64,000 bases of DNA from Oscillospiraceae bacterium. GTDB lineage: Bacteria > Bacillota > Clostridia > Oscillospirales > Oscillospiraceae. A program made the translations under genes and the position numbers. The notes under the pieces were generated by a model. That model was given only the letters and a program-made list of their open reading frames with translations. It searched no databases and was not told the origin of the DNA. The number at the start of each line of letters is the position of its first letter. Within the stretch, counting starts at the first letter, position 1. Location: positions 345 through 64,344 of the forward strand of contig SVLL01000002.1 in NCBI GenBank assembly GCA_015067935.1, in the 5' to 3' direction. Below, piece by piece: positions 57,510 through 64,000 of the stretch.

Positions 57510-59696
57510 TCAGTTCTGTCCTCTTCGGGAACTGAGCACATCGGGAATCGCCATCAGCTTATTCCGGATGGATTCCAGCTCAGCCACATCCTTGACCTCA
57601 AATCGGACAGTAAACACGCTCTTGCCGCCGGGCAGATCCTTGCCGTTGAGCTCCTTGGTGCGGATGCGGTTGGTGGTCATCGTGGTCGCCACATCCAACA
57701 GCAGACCGTCACGGGTGCGGCATTCCAGCTCCAGAGTGGTGTCGAAGGGCTGGGATTCCTGATTGTCCCAGCGGACCCGCACCCAACGGGCGGCCTGAAT
57801 GGGTTCGTTGCGGTTGAAGGTATTGGGGCAGTCGTCCCGGTGGATGGATACGCCAAAGCCTTTGGTAATAAAGCCGATGATATCATCACCGGGTACCGGT
57901 GTACAGCACTTGGCGAACTTGATCATACAAGATTCGATATCCTCAACGATAATGCCGTTGACTGCATGGCGGTTGGGCTTGCCCGGGGTGTCGGAAATGT
58001 TTCGCAGGGGGGCAGGCTGTTTGTCGTTTTGGAGGTTCTTGACGGCCCGGTTGATATCGTCCCGGATGCGTCCTACCGCCTTGACAGCGGTCAGACCGCC
58101 GTAGCCGATGGCGGCATACATATCCTCCCAGTTGTCAAAGGCCAGCTTTTTCAGCAGCTGGGGACCCAGCTCCGGGTCGATGGTCAGGCTGAGCGGCAGA
58201 CCGATGCGGCGCATTTCCGCTTCAAAGGAGGCACGGCCGTGGGCCACATTTTCCTCCCGTTTTTCCTTTTTGAACCACTGTTTGATCTTGGTGCGGGCCT
58301 GATTGCTCTTACAGATGGTCAGCCAGTCCCGGCTGGGACCTTTGGCGTTCTTGGAGGTAAGCACCTCCACCACATCGCCGTTTTTCAGCGGGGCGTCAAT
58401 GGTGGTGATCCGGTTGTTGACCTTGGCACCGATCATAGCATTGCCAACGCCGGAGTGAATGGCATAGGCAAAGTCAATGGGCGTAGAGCCGGCAGGAAGC
58501 GACACGATCCGACCCTTGGGAGTAAAGACGAATACTTCGTCGTCGAACATATCGATCTTCAGGGACTGAACATAATCCTCAGCGTCCGTATCCTGCTGGC
58601 TTTCCAGAAGCCGGCGTACCCACTCGAAGTCCTTTTCGTTGCCGTTGCCCACGCCTTGTTTGTATTTCCAGTGGGCGGCAACACCGTATTCTGCGATTTC
58701 GTGCATTTCCCAAGTGCGGATCTGCACCTCAAAGGGGATACCCTGCTTGCCGATAACGGTGGTGTGCAGACTCTGGTACATATTAGGCTTGGGGGTGGAG
58801 ATGTAGTCCTTGAACCGACCCGGCACCAGATTGAAAAGGTCGTGAATATGACCCAAGACATTGTAGCAATCGGGGATGGTGTCCACAATGACCCGGAAGG
58901 CGTACACATCGTACAGCTCATCCAGAGTCTTGCCCTGCAGCTGCATCTTCCGGTGGATGGAATACACATGCTTGATGCGGCCATAGGCAGTGTGGTGGAT
59001 ATTTACAGAGTCCAGCCGCTGGGTGATGGCATCCTGAATGGTGTGCATAAAGGCCTCGCCCTGTGCCTTGTGAGAGCTCAGAAAGGCCATAATGCCGTTA
59101 TACTGCTCCGGTTCCAGATACCGCAAGGCAATATCCTCCAGCTCCCACTTGATCTTTTGCATACCAAGACGGTGGGCAAGGGGGGCGTAGATATCCATGG
59201 TTTCCCGGCATTTGGAAATCTGCTTGGCAGGGGTTTGGTACTGCATAGTACGCATATTGTGCAGACGGTCGGCAATCTTGATCAGCACCACCCGGATGTC
59301 CTTCGACATCGCCATAAACATCTTGCGCAGATTCTCCATCTGCGCCTGCTCAGTGCTGGAAAAATTGGCACGGGTCAGCTTGGTGACGCCCTCCACCAGC
59401 TCGGCGACGGTCTGACCGAAAATCCTCTCGATCTCCTCGTGGGAGGCGTCGGTGTCTTCGATGCAATCGTGAAGCAGCGCGCCCAGAATGGCATCCATAT
59501 CCAGACCCATTTCCGCAACGATCTTGGCCACAGCAAGGGGATGGATAATGTAAGGGGAGCCGTCCTTACGCTTTTGCTCTTTATGTTTGTTTCGGGCGTA
59601 ATCCACAGCCCGGTCAATGGTGGGCATTTCGGTTGCAGGCAAACACTTTGTCAGTGTTTCAAACAGTTGCCCGTAATGAAATTCAAAGGTCTCCAA
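57510..59696 (-). CDS. relA: bifunctional (p)ppGpp synthetase/hydrolase Rel
   Basis: RKDG.PYIIHP, LLHD, KIADRLHNMRT, RFKDY, YQSLHT, EVQIRT, TGS and ACT domains. Confidence 0.96.
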   Translation of the reverse strand: METFEFHYGQLFETLTKCLPATEMPTIDRAVDYARNKHKEQKRKDGSPYIIHPLAVAKIVAEMGLDMDAILGALLHDCIEDTDASHEEIERIFGQTVAELVEGVTKLTRANFSSTEQAQMENLRKMFMAMSKDIRVVLIKIADRLHNMRTMQYQTPAKQISKCRETMDIYAPLAHRLGMQKIKWELEDIALRYLEPEQYNGIMAFLSSHKAQGEAFMHTIQDAITQRLDSVNIHHTAYGRIKHVYSIHRKMQLQGKTLDELYDVYAFRVIVDTIPDCYNVLGHIHDLFNLVPGRFKDYISTPKPNMYQSLHTTVIGKQGIPFEVQIRTWEMHEIAEYGVAAHWKYKQGVGNGNEKDFEWVRRLLESQQDTDAEDYVQSLKIDMFDDEVFVFTPKGRIVSLPAGSTPIDFAYAIHSGVGNAMIGAKVNNRITTIDAPLKNGDVVEVLTSKNAKGPSRDWLTICKSNQARTKIKQWFKKEKREENVAHGRASFEAEMRRIGLPLSLTIDPELGPQLLKKLAFDNWEDMYAAIGYGGLTAVKAVGRIRDDINRAVKNLQNDKQPAPLRNISDTPGKPNRHAVNGIIVEDIESCMIKFAKCCTPVPGDDIIGFITKGFGVSIHRDDCPNTFNRNEPIQAARWVRVRWDNQESQPFDTTLELECRTRDGLLLDVATTMTTNRIRTKELNGKDLPGGKSVFTVRFEVKDVAELESIRNKLMAIPDVLSSRRGQN

Positions 59697-59701
59697 AAAA
59701 A

Positions 59702-61759
59702 TCAGCTCTCTTTCGCTTGGAGAAGGGTTTGCATAGTTTGACTTAAATTCAGATCGGCTTTGGAAGCATCTGTGTTCAGCTCAATGTGCAGATGCTTCTG
59801 CTGACGGTAGTAGCGCAGAAGTCCCACATCCCGGAAAATGTCCAGACATGTAAGCATCTGTCCCAAACTCAGGGGACGGTTTGCCCAACGGACAATTTTC
59901 CGGCACAGGCACAGCGGATCCTCCCTGATGGCGCGCTCTGCGCTGGCCAGATACCGCCAAATGGCTCCCAGTGTTGCCCGGTCGGGCAGCAGATGAGCGG
60001 CTTGTTCAGATGTAAGGGTGCCGTCGGCAATGCGGCGATAGCCGCCCAGCTCCGGGGAACATTCAAAGCCGCAGCTGGGACGAATGTCCAGAATGTGCAG
60101 CTGTACGGAGCGGTCGCCCCGGAATTCGTTGATTTGGGGCTGGAAGGCCACATCCACCAGATCCCCGGGTTCAATGGAGGCACTTTCCGGATTAGAGGAG
60201 AAGAAAATACCGTTTACGATATGATTCCGATCCTTGAACCGCAGGCGCATATGCCGGCCGCTGGCCACCATACTGATCCGGTCAATGAGCAGATTGCGCA
60301 TCATCAGCACCGGCTTGGGACAACCGTTGCCGCAGGGCTCCAAGGCGTTCAGGGCATCGATGCCTCGCAGGGTCAACAGCTCGGGCGTGACGGTGCAATC
60401 CACATCAAGCACCGTTCTGGGGCCTTCGTCGGTATAAAACGCAGCGGCCATACGGCAGATCTCCTGCCGGAAAGCACCGATGTTTTGCCGGTTGATGGTA
60501 AAGCCGGCGGCAAGTTCGTGACCGCCATAGCTTTCCAGCAGATGGGAAAGGGAGTTCAGAGAGGAGAACAGATTGAAGCCGCCAAAGCTCCGGGAGCTGG
60601 CCTTGCCGTGCTCTCCGTCCAGACAGATCAGAAAGGTGGGGCAGCAGTATTCCTCGGCCATGCGGCTGGCCACAATACCCACAACACCCTGATGCCAGCC
60701 TTCGTCTGCCAGCACAATGGCCTCCGGGGGCTGACCGCCGGGGAGCATTGCCACTGCCTCCTCGTAGATTTGGGACTCTACCTGCTGACGCTGGCGATTC
60801 AGATCGCAAAGGGCGCGGGCGAGGAAGACCGCCCGGCTTGTATCCTCGGTCAAAAACAGCTCGATTGCCAGATCGATTTGCTCCATCCGTCCGGCGGCGT
60901 TGATTCGGGGAGCAAGCATATAACCGATGGAAGTGGCATTGACATTTTCAGGAGTGCAGCCGCATTCCTTCATCAAAGCGGCAAGACCGGGACGGCGGGT
61001 GTGTCGAAGGGACTCCAAACCGCGGGCGACGATCACCCGGTTTTCACCGATCAGGGGCATCACATCTGCCACAGTGCCCAGACAGACCATATCTGCATAA
61101 TCCTGCAGAACGGCCTCCTGATCTCCTGCCAACGCGGAGGCCAGCTTGAAGGCCACACCCACGCCGGACAGATTCTTGTGGGGATAGCCACCGTCAATGC
61201 GATGCGGATCTACTACCGCAATGGCATTGGGCAGCTGTTCTTTACATTCGTGATGGTCGGTGATGACCAGATCAATACCCAACTCCCGACAAAGTGTGGC
61301 TTCCTCTATGGCGGTAATGCCGCAGTCCACGGTGACAATCAGCTTTACCCCTTGAGAGTGCAGCTGCCGGATGGCGAGGGGATTCAAACCGTAGCCCTCT
61401 TCGATCCGTCCGGGGATATAACTAACACAGTCTGCGCCCAGCCGACGGAGAAAATCTGTCAGCAGGCAGGTGGCGGTAATGCCGTCCACATCATAGTCGC
61501 CGAAAACGGCAATTTTTTCGCCCCGGGTCATAGCAAGTCCAACACGCCCGGCAGCACGATCCATATCCGTCATCAGATAGGGGTCGGGCAGGGGAATGTC
61601 GCAGGACAGATGCTTGCGCACTGCTGCGGCATCATTCATTCCCCGGGCAGAGAGGATCATCGCGGTCAATGGGGAAAATCCGCTCTTGGTCAGCCCGTTG
61701 ACCGCTGTTACATCCGGGCTGGACACATTCCATACTCCATACTTCAAAGCCAATACCAT
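59702..61759 (-). CDS. recJ: ssDNA exonuclease RecJ
   Basis: GDYDVDG, TVDCG, TDHH, GTVAD, PRINAAGR, GGHELAAG. Confidence 0.95.
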   Translation of the reverse strand: MVLALKYGVWNVSSPDVTAVNGLTKSGFSPLTAMILSARGMNDAAAVRKHLSCDIPLPDPYLMTDMDRAAGRVGLAMTRGEKIAVFGDYDVDGITATCLLTDFLRRLGADCVSYIPGRIEEGYGLNPLAIRQLHSQGVKLIVTVDCGITAIEEATLCRELGIDLVITDHHECKEQLPNAIAVVDPHRIDGGYPHKNLSGVGVAFKLASALAGDQEAVLQDYADMVCLGTVADVMPLIGENRVIVARGLESLRHTRRPGLAALMKECGCTPENVNATSIGYMLAPRINAAGRMEQIDLAIELFLTEDTSRAVFLARALCDLNRQRQQVESQIYEEAVAMLPGGQPPEAIVLADEGWHQGVVGIVASRMAEEYCCPTFLICLDGEHGKASSRSFGGFNLFSSLNSLSHLLESYGGHELAAGFTINRQNIGAFRQEICRMAAAFYTDEGPRTVLDVDCTVTPELLTLRGIDALNALEPCGNGCPKPVLMMRNLLIDRISMVASGRHMRLRFKDRNHIVNGIFFSSNPESASIEPGDLVDVAFQPQINEFRGDRSVQLHILDIRPSCGFECSPELGGYRRIADGTLTSEQAAHLLPDRATLGAIWRYLASAERAIREDPLCLCRKIVRWANRPLSLGQMLTCLDIFRDVGLLRYYRQQKHLHIELNTDASKADLNLSQTMQTLLQAKES

Positions 61760-61846
61760 CCATTATACTTTTTTCTTGATATTATACCAAAAGTACGGCG
61801 TTTGCACAATAGGAAAGTTGCTTTTTTGTGGCAAATGTTTGCGGAA

Positions 61847-62899
61847 TCAAGGGGATTTTTTAGCCTGCAGAGCGAACTGCACGACAATTACCGCCAAAAT
61901 GGGCATCAGGAGCATACCCCCAAGCCCCCAAAGCCGATAGCCGGCATAGATGGCAAGGAGCGTGATCAGCGGATCCAAGCCCAGCTGCTTGCCCACAAAC
62001 CGGGGCTCCAGCACACTCCGCAGCAGGCTGATGACGGCATAAATGGCCAGCAATCCGATGGCACGGACACTTTCTCCCTGCAGAAAACAGACGATGCTCC
62101 ACGGAATCAGCACGGTACCCGTTCCCAAAACCGGAAGAATGTCCACAAGGCAGGTAAGTCCTGCCCACAAAATGGGATGGGTGATCCGCAAAATAAGAAA
62201 ACCTGCACAGAGAATGACAAAGGTAATGCCCACCAGCTTTGCCTGTGCCAGCACCCAGCCCCATACGGTCTTTTTCAGAGTGCGAAGATGGGGCGCGTAT
62301 TTTTCCTTCCACACCGGCGGTAGGTGCGACTGAAGCCAAGTGCGAAGCTTGGGCAGACGGGCGGAGAGCATAAAGGTCGCCAATACCCAAGTGCCCAGAC
62401 CGAGGGCACTGTCCGGCAGAGCCTTCAAAAGGGAGGTGGCGAGGTTTAACAGGCGGCTCGTGATGCCGTCCAGCAGAGCACTGCTGTCGGAAAAGATTCC
62501 CTCCACTCCGTGGGTCAAAATGGGGCGGATGCCCTTCGGTGCCTTTTCCGCCAGCCCCAAAAGCCATAACTCCAAAGAATCCAGACCGGACAGCGTGGCA
62601 CTCTCCAGATCCGGCAGAACACCGGACAGCGTTCCCAATTGGCGGATCAGCAGGGCGGAAAGTGCCAGCAGTATCAGCACCGTCAGTACCAGAACGACAC
62701 TCACTCCGATGCCTGCGGAAAGCCCCCGGGGGAGGCGAAAATGTTTCTGCAGACTGCCTACCAGCGGCTCTGCCGCCAGAGCCAGCAGCAGTGCGAAGAG
62801 AAAGGGCATGGCAATGGGCAGCAAATACCGGGCACTCAGCCAAATGCCCAAGAGCATCAGCAGAAAAACGGGTACGCGACGAAAAGCGAAAATCGGCAT
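61847..62899 (-). CDS. ytvI: YtvI / AI-2E family membrane protein
   Basis: PF...LA...EP, VD.LPVLGTG..LIPW, LEPR.VG..LGL.PL. Confidence 0.85.
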   Translation of the reverse strand: MPIFAFRRVPVFLLMLLGIWLSARYLLPIAMPFLFALLLALAAEPLVGSLQKHFRLPRGLSAGIGVSVVLVLTVLILLALSALLIRQLGTLSGVLPDLESATLSGLDSLELWLLGLAEKAPKGIRPILTHGVEGIFSDSSALLDGITSRLLNLATSLLKALPDSALGLGTWVLATFMLSARLPKLRTWLQSHLPPVWKEKYAPHLRTLKKTVWGWVLAQAKLVGITFVILCAGFLILRITHPILWAGLTCLVDILPVLGTGTVLIPWSIVCFLQGESVRAIGLLAIYAVISLLRSVLEPRFVGKQLGLDPLITLLAIYAGYRLWGLGGMLLMPILAVIVVQFALQAKKSP

Positions 62900-63005
62900 G
62901 TGTATTCCTTTCTGGGACAAAAGTCCGCAATAGGGGTTGAAATTTTGGAAATGTGTGCTACAATAGTGTTGTTCAACAAAAAACAAACACCAAGGAGGCT
63001 GTATT

Positions 63006-63446
63006 ATGGGCAAACAACCCAAGTATTACATCATTGAGGCATCTGCGCTGCCGGATATTTTTCTGAAGGTAGCCGAGGTCAAGAGAATGCTCTCTACCGG
63101 TGAAGCAACCACCGTCAACGGTGCTACCAAGCGTCTGGGCATCAGCCGCAGCGCGTTTTACAAATATCGGGATGCTATTTTGCCCTTCCAGGATATGCTG
63201 AAGGGTCGGATCGTTACCTTCCAGATGATGCTGCATGATGAGCCCGGTGTGCTGTCTGCACTTTTGATGACCCTTGCAAACCGCAAGGCCAATGTGCTGA
63301 CGATCAACTCCATTGTTCCCACCAACGGCCATGCACTGGTCACCATTTCCGCCCAGCTGACGGATGTGGATGTTACCTTGGAAGAGCTGATGGACGAGCT
63401 GTCTGCCGTGTTCGGCGTCATCAAGGTGGATGTTATCGCCGGCTGA
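63006..63446 (+). CDS. ACT-domain protein (PheB/ThrR-like)
   Basis: LP..F.KV..VK, GISRSAFYKYRD, D.PGVLS, NVLTIN. Confidence 0.88.
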   Translation: MGKQPKYYIIEASALPDIFLKVAEVKRMLSTGEATTVNGATKRLGISRSAFYKYRDAILPFQDMLKGRIVTFQMMLHDEPGVLSALLMTLANRKANVLTINSIVPTNGHALVTISAQLTDVDVTLEELMDELSAVFGVIKVDVIAG

Positions 63447-63542
63447 TTTATGAAAATAAGCAGGCTCCCTGCCTTCGGGGGCCTGCTATAAATTTATCCG
63501 CTTTTTGCCGGTATAAAACAGAAAAATTTCAATAAAATGCCC

Positions 63543-63571
63543 TTGACAAAGGGAAAAAACTGTGCTAGAAT
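63543..63571 (+). promoter_or_regulatory. sigma-A promoter of infC
   Basis: TTGACA-N17-TAGAAT. Confidence 0.8.
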
Positions 63572-63579
63572 GCTCAGGT

Positions 63580-63695
63580 AATGAAGAAGGCTGAACATCC
63601 GCCTCACCGCCAGCAATCGCAAAGCGGTTAATATTCCACTTTTCCCATAGGGGGATTCTGTGTGAGTATGCGGATGCTTTGGCATCCGCTTTTTT
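63580..63695 (+). ncRNA. putative L20 leader (infC-rpmI-rplT attenuator)
   Basis: gaagaag...catccgcctcacc...gtgagtatgcggatg pairing and terminator gcggatgc-tttg-gcatccgc-T6 upstream of infC. Confidence 0.7.
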
Positions 63696-63717
63696 GCGCA
63701 TAATGGAGGTGCTTACC

Positions 63718-64000
63718 ATCGCAAAGTTAGATCATCAGCTCAATGAGGAAATCCGGGACAAAGAACTTCGTGTCATCGGTGAGGACGGTGCCCAGCTGGG
63801 TATTATGTCCGCCGAGCAGGCCAATGCCATTGCCGACGAGCAGGGCTTGGATCTGGTGAAGATTTCTCCCAATGCCGTTCCTCCGGTCTGCAAGATTATG
63901 GACTATTCCAAGTTCTGCTTCGACCAGAAGAAACGGGAAAAGGAAGCAAAGAAGAACCAGAAGGTCGTGGAGATCAAGGAAATCCGTATGAGCCCCAGCA
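63718..64000 (+). CDS. infC: translation initiation factor IF-3 (partial), non-canonical ATC start
   Basis: SD ggaggt + 7 nt + ATC; [36 protein letters not shown]. Confidence 0.95.
   Translation, partial: MAKLDHQLNEEIRDKELRVIGEDGAQLGIMSAEQANAIADEQGLDLVKISPNAVPPVCKIMDYSKFCFDQKKREKEAKKNQKVVEIKEIRMSPS

Noticed and set aside
57078-59741. 887-aa plus-strand ORF antisense to rel (likewise long antisense ORFs over glyQS, degT, capD, recJ, ugd and the GTPase)
   Set aside because: Shadow frames of GC-rich coding genes; no motifs or SD, and the opposite strand carries clear conserved proteins.
63718-63720. ATC start of infC as a novelty
   Set aside because: Non-AUG starts of infC are established autoregulation.

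Overview
Chromosomal window from a GC-rich, spore-forming Firmicute. Gene content and repeat style suggest Clostridia, probably Oscillospiraceae-like (inference). Left end (minus strand): a coupled operon of a Hen1-like methyltransferase, an Rnl2-type RNA ligase and an HD-phosphoesterase/polynucleotide kinase. It is bracketed by a 31-bp degenerate promoter repeat and lies directly upstream of an EF-G/TetM-like GTPase fused to a YacP/Rae1-type NYN nuclease, which runs off the window. Next come housekeeping and membrane genes (CCA enzyme, PlsC, GlyQS) and a 256-bp element inserted into a duplicated terminator. An ~18-kb Wzx/Wzy polysaccharide locus follows, ending in a plant-galacturonokinase-like kinase and a nucleotidyltransferase. 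Then a two-gene operon encoding a TIR-LRR protein, several REP-like palindromic repeats, spoVT, a DEAD-box/DprA/Cys-rich miniprotein trio, glmS, a cobalamin riboswitch with a two-gene uptake module, the conserved recJ-rel-dtd-hemZ-yabM-hup-rqcP block and the start of infC. No rRNA, tRNA, CRISPR array or transposase was seen. Best candidates for undescribed systems: the RNA-repair cassette with the GTPase-NYN gene, the TIR-LRR operon, and the uronic-acid salvage pair. All family assignments are by motif recognition from memory; no searches were run.
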